NCBI RefSeq assembly: GCF_006345805.1
Contig: NC_043002.1
Span: forward strand, 114,576,001-114,640,000
Direction: 5' to 3'
Length of the DNA: 64,000 nt
Source: Octopus sinensis
Taxonomy: Eukaryota
Part shown: positions 12,496 to 25,510 of the stretch, piece after piece
Position numbering within the stretch: position 1 is the stretch's first letter
Layout: every line of letters begins with the position of its first letter
The notes under the pieces: generated by a model
The model's input: only the letters and a program-made list of their open reading frames with translations
Database searches by the model: none
What the model was told of the DNA's origin: nothing
Program-made: the position numbers and the translations under genes

Positions 12496-12669
12496 ATACA
12501 TATATACGACAGGCGTCTTTCAGTTTCCGTCTACCAAATCCACTCACAAGGCTTTGGTCGGCCCGAGGCTATAGTAGAAGACACTTGCCCAAGATGCCAC
12601 GCAGTGGGACTGAACCCGGAACCATGTGGTTGGTTAGCAAGCTACTTACCACACAGCCACTCCTGCGCC
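12058..12669 (-). mobile_element. SINE A (12196-12669) plus a tandem extra 3' tail segment (12058-12190)
   Basis: Reverse complement of 7648-8059; the 3' ~130 nt is present twice. Confidence 0.9.
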
Positions 12670-12683
12670 TATCGTTAATACTA

Positions 12684-13095
12684 ATTTCAAATGTTGGCAC
12701 AAGGCCAGCATGTTCGGGGATGGGGTTTAAGTCGAATGCATCAATCCCAGTGCTTCACTGGTGCTTATTCCATTGGCCCTGAAAGGATGAAAGGCAAGTC
12801 GTCCTCGGCAGGGTTTGAGCTCAGAACACAAAGATAGACGAAAAGCCAGGCGTGCTAACGATTCTGCGAGATTGAAGCCTTGCATGTAGATGATATTTCG
12901 AGTAAATATGGCAGAACGGGTAAAATGCTTAGTTGCATTTCGTCCGTCTTTACGTTCTGAGTTCAAATTCCGCCGGGGTCGACTTTGCCTTTCATCCTTC
13001 CGAGTTCGATAAAATAAGGACTAATTGAACACTGGGGCTGATGTAATCGGCTTGCCCACATCCCAAAATTACTGGCCTTGTGCCAAAATTAAAAA
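12684..13095. mobile_element. Head-to-head pair of SINE B copies (minus 12684-12868, plus 12909-13095)
   Basis: GAAAGGATGAAAGGCAAGTCG on the left and CGACTTTGCCTTTCATCCTTC on the right. Confidence 0.8.
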
Positions 13096-13529
13096 CCTTT
13101 ATTCTTGAAATATATTTAGTTAAAGTGAATGAAATGGAAATTCGTTTGACAGAAAGTCAGCCCAAAATTGGTCTTCAACTATCTACGAAGTTTTGCAGTT
13201 GCAGTATAAGAGGAAAATGTTAGGCCTTTTTGACGTGAGTCTTGTTTGCACTGTGAGTTATGAACCAGGTTTATAACTACAAGTAAATCTAAAACATACT
13301 TTATCCTAAAATGGTCACTAGAATGCTTGATATAAGCCAAGGAATTTAAATTAAAGAAAATTATAACATTTGTGATGGAACATTATTTTCTAATTTACTA
13401 ATTGTGGTCAAAAATGATAAGGAGACGATCCTGAAACGTTAATCACAATTAATTAAATAAGGAATCCAGCTATTACAGGTTTTGGATCCTTATGAAGTAA
13501 GTGTTTAAACCTTAACCAATAGCCTTTTT

Positions 13530-14045
13530 CAGGTGCATTGTATCTAGTACTATATTATACAAGGAAACTTTGAAGATCCTTGTTCATAATCCAGGTTTCA
13601 GCTTTGGAGAGAATTCTTTTCAAACATTTCCTGAAGAAAGCTAACCTTAACTTTGAAATGATTACCAACAGTTTTTAGGCTTCTTACAGGTACTCCAGGG
13701 TTGACCCTTGTCGGAACTTATTTTCTACTGTCAGCAATGTAAGAGCAAGGTACTTGAAATCACTGACATCCAAGAGTTGGGTGCCATTGTTGGAACAAAT
13801 TGGCGGGTAGCTTTCATTGTCACTGATGGGCATATATTGGGTTTTCTTTGCATTGACAAAAAACAGACCGACTTTTCAATTAGAGGTTGTTAATAAGTCT
13901 TGCACATCACACAATTGATGAGTTACCTCAGGTGAAAAAGCTCATTATCAGAGTTGAGATTAGAGAGACACAAGTTCTGCTGACATTTTGATCGCTTCTG
14001 CTAGATGCTGAATCTTTGGGTGTGGTCAAGCCTTTTACCTCAGGA
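13530..14045 (-). mobile_element. Degenerate LINE reverse transcriptase C-terminal region (RTE-like)
   Basis: Minus strand reads VNAKKTQYMPISDNESYPPICSNNGTQLLDVSDFKYL and later FFRKCLKRILSKAETWIMNKDLQ, matching the INAKKT..M, DFKYLG and YGAETW motifs; many frameshifts. Confidence 0.7.
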
Positions 14046-14149
14046 TGTAGTCCACTATTGTCGAAAACAGAGTTTGTACCGGAACGTTTTTCTGAAGGAT
14101 TCATGCTGTAGTTCGAAACACTTCAGTTAAACCGCTTTTGCTCTGCAAA

Positions 14150-14222
14150 GATAGTAATATCTTCGATAATTATATCTTCGATAATAATATCTTCGATAAT
14201 AATATATTCGATAGTCTTATCT
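14150..14222. repeat. 15-bp minisatellite, about 4.5 copies of GATAATAATATCTTC
   Basis: Seen directly. Confidence 0.9.
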
Positions 14223-16877
14223 AAGAGACTGTAGTTCAGATATATAAATGCCTGGGCGAAGTTCACAAATACAATTGATACCTTTTATTTAGAGATTATG
14301 AACTCTTTCTTGTGTGATACAAGAGCTCATAGTTATGTTATTTTATAGATATTCTGTGATACTACCAAACTATATAATTATGGTATGAAATGAATATGTT
14401 ATGATGTTTTCTGTTATCATTTTACTGGTTTTGCTCATTGAAATGAAGCCATGTTAGGTTACCCAATTCTACGTTATTGTCGATTATAACGACTTCATTA
14501 CTTATTTTATCAAGTAATAATTACATTTATCAGCTTCAGATTGATTAAAGGCAAAATTATCATATATGTGATTTTAACTCAGAAAGAAATGAGATACAGC
14601 CATATACTTCCTGAAATTCTGTGGATTCTTTCATCTGCCATATTATGTTACAATATTCTTTGGTTTGATAATATATAATAAACATATTACCAGCATTTGG
14701 CTATGATATATTGTAATTTCAACATTTTGTGACACTGGTATATCGAAATATAACCATGTTTCCATGTCACTAGAATTTGACAATAGTATATTTTATGTTA
14801 CTGCCAGTGCTTGGTAATATCATGTTCTTATAAAGGTACACAGTCTCACATACGCATCGTAGATGGTATCAATTTCAGCCCAATTGGACTGATGAGATCT
14901 GACAACATAATGGAGAAACTAATTACTAAAAGGCTTATTTAACTGCTTTTCTACCGCCTTCTTTGTATTGTTAATATCATTAGATTATTGCATTAGTCCA
15001 GCAACTCCGTTATAATGGTTTATAATATCACAATATCTCCATATCATAATGACATCTTATTGGTTGTACGTAGGTTGTGGCCTGTCAAAATGATGAGAAG
15101 GGCAGAATATTATCGAAATAATATCAAAATGAGTATAGCTAATTATTAGTACGTTTCATATCAATGGCTTACGTCTTCAAACATACACATTAAATATCTT
15201 TTCGATAAAGGTGGACATCAATAAAACTGAATATCAATCTGCAGCTATTTTAATACCAAACCGCCAACATACATATGTTGGTAGTAGGAGTGAAAGTAAA
15301 GTATTATTCGTATATTGTTATAAAAATGTCTATTTAATCTCTAGCCCAAACTATCTCATGCTCCATACTTTTATGACAATGATATTTGAAAGGCTATTAT
15401 CATTTCTTAATTTAAACATAACAAGGAGAACCTAGTAATTACGGACATTTTCAGGCGAGAAACAAGAGGCAACAGATATTAAATGAATGTATCGAAAAAG
15501 ATATCTTTTGCGAAATTTGTGGCTTAAACAAACTCAGTTTGAAATGAGAGGAATAAGTGTTCAAGAAAATATTTCTGGCATGTTGTTGGCATTAATGTTA
15601 GTTTTTCAACTGCCATAAAGAAAATGTATTAACCCTTTAGGAACCACAGAATGTTTCGGAACTACTGCTCACCCTCTTTATTGTAGTTGTGAATAGATGA
15701 AAGTTGAATATTATGTTGGCTAGAATAATTGTCTGCACAGTTAATATGCTGTCGGTATCAGGAGCAGATTTACAAAGGCTGTATCTTATCTATGTGAATA
15801 CACGTTTCATGAGTCTGCTGCCATTCACCTAATTGATTTAAATATCTCAATCCATATATTAGGAAGCTACACAAATAAGTTAGATTCATCGTAGATTATA
15901 CATTCCTGTATGAGCCCCTCTTTTCATAACAAACTACAAATAATACGGAACAGTGTAATTCGTATCTTCAGAAGCTTATCCATGATCCACGAAAATAACG
16001 AAACAATATTCAATGCGATAGACAATCCGGACATGTGAAATCTATAATATATTTGTACAACTCTAGAAAATGTATTTTACTTAATCATCCCAGGAAAGCA
16101 TACAACTTACATATATAGAAAAAATAGCAACATAGTAGCAGTATGAATATCTTTATTAGCCATAAGCATTGTATTGCGTTGCACACCAACAATGAAAAAT
16201 GCAGAAAGACAGAACTGTTGATCTTCGATCAAAGTTATTATATTCTCCTCTGTCGTGTTTATCAAAAGAACCTGTAACTTCACAAGTTTCACAGAAGCGA
16301 AAATGCGGAATATTTATACTTCGACAAATACATTTATTGAAGCCAGGTGGTTGGTAGTGGGGACGTCTACATGGTTGCATAATAATCCAGAAAAAACAAC
16401 CAATCTAGATATGATAAATATAAAAGCACATGTGATGGATATGACTGGAAGACATTGACCAATTATCGACATCTTAAGTGTTGATCTGATGATGAACCCC
16501 AACAAAAACGTAGCGAAACAATATACTAAAACATGCTTGATAATGAAACAAAGAATATTTTTCTTGGGATGCCAAACTGCATTCCAGACTAACCAACTTC
16601 TGCATGTCTGAGTGCAGAATATAGTCTTCCATAAGCGGAAAAATAGTATTTTTAGAACAATTGATCAGTTATGGCAACCAGGGATTTGTCCTATTATATA
16701 TCAAACCAATGAGACGGTTAGTAAGTAGTTTCTCGGCCAACGACTGCTAGAAATAGTTTCCAAAGTTTTCTAAGAATCACACACGTGTGCACGCACACAA
16801 ATACGCTTTCTCTGTCTTTCTGACGCACACATGCACATCTATACATACGTACATACGTATATACTTACATACACAAA

Positions 16878-17265
16878 TATTGGGACATTGGGATATGTAA
16901 TACACCGCCTAAGTACCAATCTTGAGAAATTAGGATTCTCAAAACCAGAAGAAGAAAACTGAATCAAAGACTGCAAATCCAATCTGCCACTGGAACTGTT
17001 AAAATGTGCACAGCTTTCCAGGATTTTATCATTGAAGTATATATGCGCGTGTCTAGACATGCAACTAACTGTATGTGTGAGAATGCATTAGTAAAACAAA
17101 ACATACAAATCTGCGCATGCGCTGACTCCAAATACTGCACATATACCACAGAAACACGCAAAAAGGTTCTGTTGTTAAAATTGCAATGACGGAGCCTGGG
17201 ATCTAGGTTAGAAACCAGCTCTTTCTTTATTGACAAGAAATCTTGAAATAAGACTGAATAATGAC
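16878..17265 (+). mobile_element. 3' end of a restriction-like-endonuclease (RLE) LINE running into (CATA)n
   Basis: IGTLGYVIHRLSTNLEKLGFSKPE../..LQIQSATGTVKMCTAFQDFII resembles the IIGALG...LQ...GT C-terminus of RLE LINEs; putative 3' UTR abuts the (CATA)n array at 17265-17466. Confidence 0.6.
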
Positions 17266-17699
17266 ATACATGCATACATACATACATACATACACACACA
17301 CATACATACACACACATACATACATACATACATACATACATAATACATATACATACATACATACATGCATACATACATACATACATACATACATACATAC
17401 ATACATACATACATACACATACATACATACATACATACATACATACATACATACATACATGCATACAAGAACAAACCAAATATTGCGTCAGGACCAAAGA
17501 AAATATACGAAGAACAAGATCCAAGACAGCAATAACAATGGAAGAAGAGATCAAAAGAAATAATCAAACTAAAGAAAACTTATTAAGAACACATCAACAT
17601 TCCAAGATACAACAACAACCGGATAACTTCCTTCCAACTAAGTAGAATTAAAAAATTATAATGTATCAAAAGCTCACAGAACAAGAAACATTTCTTTTA

Positions 17700-17930
17700 G
17701 AGAACAGGAGGTGCCACAACAGTTCTTACTACAGCGGCAATAATATGCATAACAACAATAGTAACCAAAAACCTCTAACAGTTTCACTGAGTAAGTCATT
17801 GACAGCTTCCACTCATCTCAGGAATTGCTTGGGTGAGGGAAAAATATTTCAACAATATCCAAGGGAACAGTATGCAGTTCCTAACCTTTCTGAATATACT
17901 AATATTATCAAGTTCAAACCGGTTAATTAC
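17700..17930 (+). mobile_element. Possible PLE GIY-YIG C-terminal remnant
   Basis: STHLRNC...KIFQQYP...EYTNIIKFKPVN resembles the H..C..F.IFP...E..FI.KFKP.LN end of PLE endonucleases; very decayed. Confidence 0.35.
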
Positions 17931-18913
17931 GATTGTGAAAGGCAAAGTTCAAGTTACCAGTCAGTCCAGCAAACAGAATTTGTGATGCTAAGGCTGCGGA
18001 TGACCATTTGATCGGTCATGTCAGAGTCGATTATTTCAACCCTGGATATGTTGTCGTATTTGTCTGGTTGTCATTACATAGAATTACTGATTGTAAGTTT
18101 ATTGTAAGCCACTCGAGGCTTACCCAATTACTGTTTATAATCCCTACCTCTATTTTCCCTGATTTGCTTCCAATCCCTAACTTTTCCTGCTACTCTGGTC
18201 ACTGAGCAAATGAAGTAATTCAGAGTAGATGATAAGATAAATACAAAGAGCTGAACTATTTCTTTATGTGACCTTTTTATATGCTGTAGACACATAAAGC
18301 TTTTGGAGCCAAGAGAAATTCACTTATTCATCAATCTGTCATTGACACCGATGAAAAAGTGTGGGAATCGTTTTTAAAAAATGGATATTTTTGATTACTA
18401 TTCCTCCTGCTTGGATTTTGTTTTCCTTTATTTGTTCATCTGAAACTATTATTGCATTCTTTACTCGAAATATTTATTATAAAATTAGTTTATTTAGTTT
18501 AGCTTAGAATTTTCCAATCTGTGGTATGCTGTTTGAGTATTTTGGATGTCAGATTTCTTCTATGGAAAACATGAGTCGGATACATCGTTGTCGACAAGGT
18601 GTGTGATAAACTTTTGTGTTAGTATTATGTATAGTGTTGTTTCATTGATTGTTACTCTTGATAAACTGAATACTGTGGGGCATGATATTTTAAGTTAACT
18701 CATTTTATATTCTTCCTTAGCTCTAAGGGTCCTTATGACACCAAAAAAGCCAACACCATGTGGTAATTAATCGAACCTGGAGAATTGAATGACCACACAT
18801 TCACAGATGGCATACGTTTAGATCTACTTTTACAATTATTTTAATTGTTATTTCACCACGACTGTATTACTGCTGATATTGTATAAGTTTGGTAAAAAAA
18901 AAAACCTATATAT

Positions 18914-19323
18914 ACTCTTTTACTTGTTTTCAGTCATTTGACTGCGGCCATGCTGGAGCATCGCCTTTAGTCGAGCAAATCGACCCCGGAACTTATTCTT
19001 TGTAAGCCCAGTACTTATTCTATCAGTCTCTTTTGCCGATCCGCTAAGTGACGGGGACGTAAACACACCAGCATCGGTTGTCAAGCAATGCTAGGGGGCA
19101 AACACAGACACACAAACATATACGCACACACTTATATATATATATATATATACATATATACGACAGGCTTCTTTCAGTTTCCGTCCACCAAATCCACTCA
19201 CAAGGCATTGGTCGGCCCGGGGCTATAGCTGAAGACACTTGCCCAAGATGTCACGCAGTGGGACTGAACCCGGAACCATGTGGTTGGTTAGCAAGCTACT
19301 TACCACACAGCCACTCCTGCGCC
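18914..19323 (-). mobile_element. SINE A, full length
   Basis: Reverse complement of the family consensus. Confidence 0.92.
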
Positions 19324-19326
19324 TAT

Positions 19327-19446
<120 letters not shown>

Positions 19447-22400
19447 GTGTGTGTGTATACATGGAGAAAGAGTGCAAGCATGTGTAATTCAGTCACCGGA
19501 AACACCTTTTATTGCTGCTGTTGATGTTTTTTTTTTATTTCCGATCCCTCCTTATTCTTCTGTCCAACATCTATCATCATGGAGTAAATATTTATCCTAC
19601 ATGTGGGAGATGTCGATGCATCATCTACAAACATCGAAGACAATGTGTACATCCCACAGTTCTGTTTAAGCTCCAACCACCCCTGATGACTGACTGCTGC
19701 CATGGGCATCTCCTCTTGTTGTAGATGAAGCTCTACATAATCTACTTAAGTAAGTAGGAGGTGATTTGAGAGAGATTTAACTGCAATTTCTAACAGATTG
19801 AATAACCAAATATACTTTCTCATTAATTTAAGCCATATACATAAGCATAACGTGGATGAGTGAATACTCTGAGTCGGTGACTTTGCAACAAAGACTATAG
19901 AAATATGAAAAGGAAGACATTAAATTTTACGGCACTAATCAAACTGTTAATCACTAATTAAGACTTAATTTCGTTGTTAGTTTCAATTTCTATTTACTTA
20001 ATATTTAAATAGAAAAAGAGAAATGGAATAAGCTAAAATGATTTAACCGTCGATTTCGTATACGAACTGAATTGACGTATAAAATTTCTCAGTTGATACC
20101 AGACTGATGAAATCCAAGAGCATTTAATATCTTCTCAGGGACTATCTATTCCCACCATTATAAATTGGATAGCATATAAGAACATTAATGGTATTGTCTT
20201 TCGCCAAATTACTTTCAGATTGTCCAGCACCACCCGGCATCAACTGGAGGGCGTTGTGAAAGCAAAGTGCTTAGCGACAGATAATCTGTCAAGAAATAAT
20301 ACTCAAAATATTTTTAAGGGAGAAATTCCCAATTTCATGTTTGGTATCAGTAATAAAGAAATTAGAACGGGGAAATATAACTAGGTTCTTGAAGGAAATA
20401 AACATCATTATAAACCTGCTAAGAAGTAGAATACAGTATACTACCCATCCCCCAAATGTTCGTCTTCTGAATTAGAAAACTAAAATGATATTAGTATCTC
20501 AAAATACATTCATCCCAATTTAATACAAAGCATTGTGTATAAAAGCAAGGAAATATGGGTTTGTGTGAAAGATAAAGTAATATAATACTCGTTTTTGACT
20601 GCCAACTGCTCTGCAGCTGGCGATATGTCTGTAAAGTTGGCACTTTAACATTATAATTCCCAGTTGTGCATGATATGTAGCTAAAAATGGGGCTAAAATA
20701 TTTAAATAGATGTTTTAATGCTCTACTGAGAGACATGTAATTGGTAAATATATCCCGCAGATTAAAGACATTGAATTAAAAACAAGGCTTGAACATCACA
20801 GTCAATCTAGCTTTTAAGTTTCTCCATAAATAATATGACTTCATCAGTAGTTAACATTTTTTACTGAAACACTTGAATAAACAAAATATATAAAACAAAA
20901 TGTAAAAAACTGTGATATTAATCGCTTCGAAAAGGAACTTTGGAGCAAAGTACAAAAGTTTATAACTTAAATTCTGTTTACAAGGTCAATTATTTATGTA
21001 AACAGCAACAAACTTCGTAAAATCGTAAGTTATTAGTTTAAACATCTAACAGATGTGAAAACCGTAACGTTCTAAAAGAACAAATTAAAGCATTAATTAA
21101 CTACTAGAATTTAAGTGTGAATAGTATTATACTCTGAAAATATCAATTTGAGACATAAAGAACAACAACCCCAATGAGAGAACTCGAATCTATCCCTCAC
21201 CGATTAACCATGATATTGATTACACCGCAGAACACCTGGAATTCCATTATCCATCATTACTGAATCTGTCTCAAATTTAAGATTTTCCTTCTCGTGTGGT
21301 AGTGTTTCTGTTCTTTACTGTTTGGCAATGATTGTCAAGCTATAAGCTTAGCGAACATATATTAACTGCTCCTCATCTCAGATATATTCGGCTTTTGTTA
21401 CTGTTTTCACCCAACTTTGCAAAAGCTTCAGCGCGATGGCTTTCGGTATTCCTAACTTTAAAAGCCTGAGCATTTCAGGAATTATCAGTTATTTACATGA
21501 GAGATTGCTTAGATGATATTTTATTGCAGGCATACGTCCGGAAGTGTGTAGCATTACTGTGTAGTATCCGTTAAATGCTTTGTTTTAACCAAATATTTAA
21601 ACTTTGAAATACAATTTATATGAATCTATGAATTATACCACCAAGAAGCAAGTAATTTAATTCATAGATTTCCCTATATACATAGTTTTAATTTAATTTT
21701 TTTCTGCTCCTTTACCTTATTTTATTTTCGGCTTCTAATGTTACCCATCTGGAAAATTATAGACTCTCCATGCGCCAGACTATAGACTACTGGTATAAGA
21801 GAGTGCGTAACAGTCTGTATAAAACAAACGTTCCAACGTACAAATAACCACTTGGGAGGTGTGGAGCAATCGCATATAGTAGCGAAAGATAGAAGATCGA
21901 TTAATTGTCACTATTAGAGTAATATTATACTATCCACAGCATACACATAGGAATAATTTGTTTTGTTTGATAAAAGGGATTGTAAAATATTTGTAGATCG
22001 ATAATGTTACATATTTGTCTTCAATATTATTTCAACAGTTGCTTTGTTAATAAATTTGCTGTTAGACTAAAAGAATGTATGATATTTTATACAGAAATGT
22101 TTGGCGTGGTTATGTAAATTTATCACGAATATTGCAAAGTCGTAAATAAATACTAGTTCATGATGTTTTAAACACTACTGCAGGACTAACCTATCGAAAA
22201 TCAATGAGTTGAAAGCGAAATAGTTTCCAAACGTTTTATTTTTGATCTCAACAGACAAAAATATTTGTGACATTTGCCTCGTTGACAAAGTGCAGAATAA
22301 ACTTTGCTGAAACTTAGGCCGTTTTAGTCAGATACTATTTATCCCTGCGGAAAGGCGATAATATATGTTTATGTTGCTTTATGCAACTAGATATATATTG

Positions 22401-22789
22401 GGAAAAAACCCCATCAGAATGTTGTAATACAATGTGCTAGACAAAACTGTTAAAATATTGACCTCAGGACATGAACACTTCAAACGTAACACAGCAATGT
22501 TTTGTGGATAATTTTTATGTATATTTTTGGTCAGGCATCAAACGAGACATACAATAGGCGTCAGAAGCACCAGTATGAGGTTAGAAGACCAGCGTATCAA
22601 ATTAATAGGACTGAAAAAGTGCTGGAAATATGATGGATGTGTTGGATATTCGGATATACTGGATATATGTAATTATTGTATATATAAGTGCATGCATATC
22701 TATCTATTTGTATAATATATATGTGCACACATTCATTCATATCTAATTATATGTAGAATGTACATATATGTATGTGTATGAATAAAACA

Positions 22790-22831
<42 letters not shown>

Positions 22832-22839
22832 TATATATA

Positions 22840-22992
22840 TACATACATACATACATACATATACAAAGTTAGAGAGAGAAGGTGAGGGAGCTAGATAGAT
22901 AGATTATTTACACACACATATCGCAAACACAGTCCTATCAGATTTACCTACCTAGTTATCAATCTTTTTGTCCATTTCTCATATACACTTCT

Positions 22993-23028
<36 letters not shown>

Positions 23029-23633
23029 ATATATATATAATATATATATATATAATATATATATATATATTATATATATATTATATATATATTATATATA
23101 TATTATATATATATTATATATATATATTATATATATATTATATATATATTATATATATATTATATATATATTATATATATATTATATATATATTATATAT
23201 ATATTATATATTATTATTATTATTACAAGGCGGGGAAGTGGAGAAAGTTAGCTCGCTGGGAAAATGTCTTAGGGCCATTTCATCTGTCTTTACGTTCTGA
23301 ATTCAAATTCCACTGAGGTCGACTTTGCCTTTTGTCCTTTCAAGGTCAATAAACTAAGTACCATTCAGGTTGTCATGTGATCGACTTACCCATCACCTTG
23401 AAAACTGCTGGCTCTGTGCCAAAATTTAGAATTATTATAACTTCCGTTTTTACAATACAGAGTTAAAGATCCATTATAAGCCCATTTCAGAACGTGAAAA
23501 CTTATGGCACATGCACGGCAGAGTTCAAGGTCAATCTTTGCAGCCTCGTTACTATAGCAACAGTCCAGATATTTATTGATCAAGCCACACATACACACAC
23601 ACGCACGCGCAAACACACACACATATATATTTA

Positions 23634-23700
<67 letters not shown>

Positions 23701-23880
23701 ATATATATATATACATACATACATACATATACAAAGTTAGAGAGAGAAGGTGAGGGAGCTAGATAGATAGATTATTTACACACACATATCGCAAACACAG
23801 TCCTATCAGATTTACCTACCTAGTTATCAATCTTTTTGTCCATTTCTCATATACACTTCTTATATATATATATTATATAT

Positions 23881-23928
<48 letters not shown>

Positions 23929-23953
23929 ATATCATATATGTGTATTATTATCA

Positions 23954-23993
<40 letters not shown>

Positions 23994-24036
23994 CATTGTT
24001 ATTATTATTGTTATTATTATTATTATATTATTATTA

Positions 24037-24083
<47 letters not shown>

Positions 24084-24490
24084 AAGGCGGGGAAGTGGAG
24101 AAAGTTAGCTCGCTGGGAAAATGTCTTAGGGCCATTTCATCTGTCTTTACGTTCTGAATTCAAATTCCACTGAGGTCGACTTTGCCTTTTGTCCTTTCAA
24201 GGTCAATAAACTAAGTACCATTCAGGTTGTCATGTGATCGACTTACCCATCACCTTGAAAATGCTGGCTCTGTGCCAAAATTTAGAATTATTATAACTTC
24301 CGTTTTTACAATACAGAGTTAAAGATCCATTATAAGCCCATTTCAGAACGTGAAAACTTATGGCACATGCACGGCAGAGTTCAAGGTCAATCTTGCAGCC
24401 TCGTTACTATAGCAACAGTCCAGATATTTATTGATCAAGCCACACATACACACACACGCACGCGCAAACACACACACACATATATATTTA

Positions 24491-24560
<70 letters not shown>
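22840..24560 (+). repeat. Tandem duplication of an ~870-bp unit, each copy holding a SINE B and a mariner end
   Basis: ATACAAAGTTAGAGAGAGAAGGTGAGGGAGC at 22861 and about 23729; the unique parts differ only by single-base indels that I could see. Confidence 0.92.
23490..23586. mobile_element. Mariner terminal fragment (duplicated at about 24346-24441)
   Basis: TCGTTACTATAGCAACAGTCCAGATATTTATTGATCA matches the right end of the element at 48285-48755. Confidence 0.75.
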
Positions 24561-24942
24561 CTCTTTTACTCTTTTACTTGTTTCAGTCATTTGACTGCGG
24601 TCGAGCAACTTGACCCCGGGACTTATTCTTTTTGTAAGCCCAGTACTTATTCTATCGGTCTCTTTTGCCGAACCGCTAGGTAACGGGGACATAAACACAC
24701 CAGCATCGGTTGTCAAGCAATGCTAGGGGGACAAATACAAACACACAAACACACACACACATATATATTCATATATACGACAGGCTTCTTTCAGTTTCCG
24801 TCTACCAAATCCACTCACAAGGCATTGGTCGGTCCGGGGCTATAGCAGAAGACACTTGCCCAAGATGCCACGCAGTGGAACTGAACCCGGAACCATGTGG
24901 TTGGTTAGCAAGCTACTTACCACACAGCCATATATCCTGCGC
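24560..24942 (-). mobile_element. SINE A with a short deletion in the tail
   Basis: GACTGCGG joined directly to TCGAGC at 24600. Confidence 0.9.
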
Positions 24943-25232
24943 ATATATATATATTGATAGAAATGGTAAAACAGCAAAAGAAAGAAAGAGACCTCGATAT
25001 TATATAAATTTAGGAATTTATCTGTAAATATAATATGTGACAATTATTCGGTAGCCATGATAAAACTTCGAGTTTCGGATGTCGGGGCGGAAACCCACAC
25101 CGTCATCTCTTTAGTTATCCGGCCGTCGAAAAAATGCCTAAAGTGTTAACAGACTTACGAAATGTTATTGTTCATGAGCTTCAGTAGGTCCTTCCAGCCT
25201 TTGATTTTTGGAGGGAATTTCTTTGATTTAAT

Positions 25233-25350
25233 CTCTCTCTATCCGCTCAGTCGAAGTCGACTCTCGGTCACTCGTTGGATCAGTGTCCTCCAGTCAGTTC
25301 TATCCTGGGCCGCTTCTTTCAAATTGGCTATGTCCATTCCGGTATCACTC
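25233..25350 (-). mobile_element. 5'-truncated RTE LINE 3' end with 10-bp target-site duplication
   Basis: SDTGMDIANLKEAAQDRTDWRTLIQRVTESRLRLSG*; TTGATTTAAT at 25223-25232 and 25351-25360. Confidence 0.85.
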
Positions 25351-25451
25351 TTGATTTAATACCACAGAATATATTCTCTGTAGTGTCCTCTGCCATGTTG
25401 CATGTTGTAAAAGAAAGCCTTCCATCTCATGCGCATTTTTTCGATGGCCAA

Positions 25452-25510
25452 ATAACTGAAGAGATGGCGGCGTGGGTTTCTGCTCTGACATCCGAAACTC
25501 GGAGTTTTAT
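25452..25510 (+). ncRNA. Hammerhead-ribozyme-like motif (type I, PLE-type)
   Basis: ATAA-CTGAAGA-GATG...CATC-C-GAAA-CTCGGAG-TT-TTAT: stem I ATAA/TTAT, stem II GATG/CATC with one extra C, near-palindromic stem III. Confidence 0.55.

Noticed and set aside
14150-14222. Regularly spaced short repeat as a CRISPR array
   Set aside because: Contiguous 15-bp units without spacers, in eukaryotic DNA with no cas genes.
14885-14925. CTGATGAG...GAAAC hammerhead-like spacing
   Set aside because: No convincing stem II closing pair and no adjacent stem I partner.
15640-16600. Hydrophobic minus-strand frame with few stops, suggesting a 7TM receptor pseudogene
   Set aside because: Hydrophobicity is expected from the T-rich strand. 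No correctly spaced GPCR or chemoreceptor motifs were found, and Cys-rich snippets on the plus strand conflict with it. A TBLASTX search would be needed to revive it.
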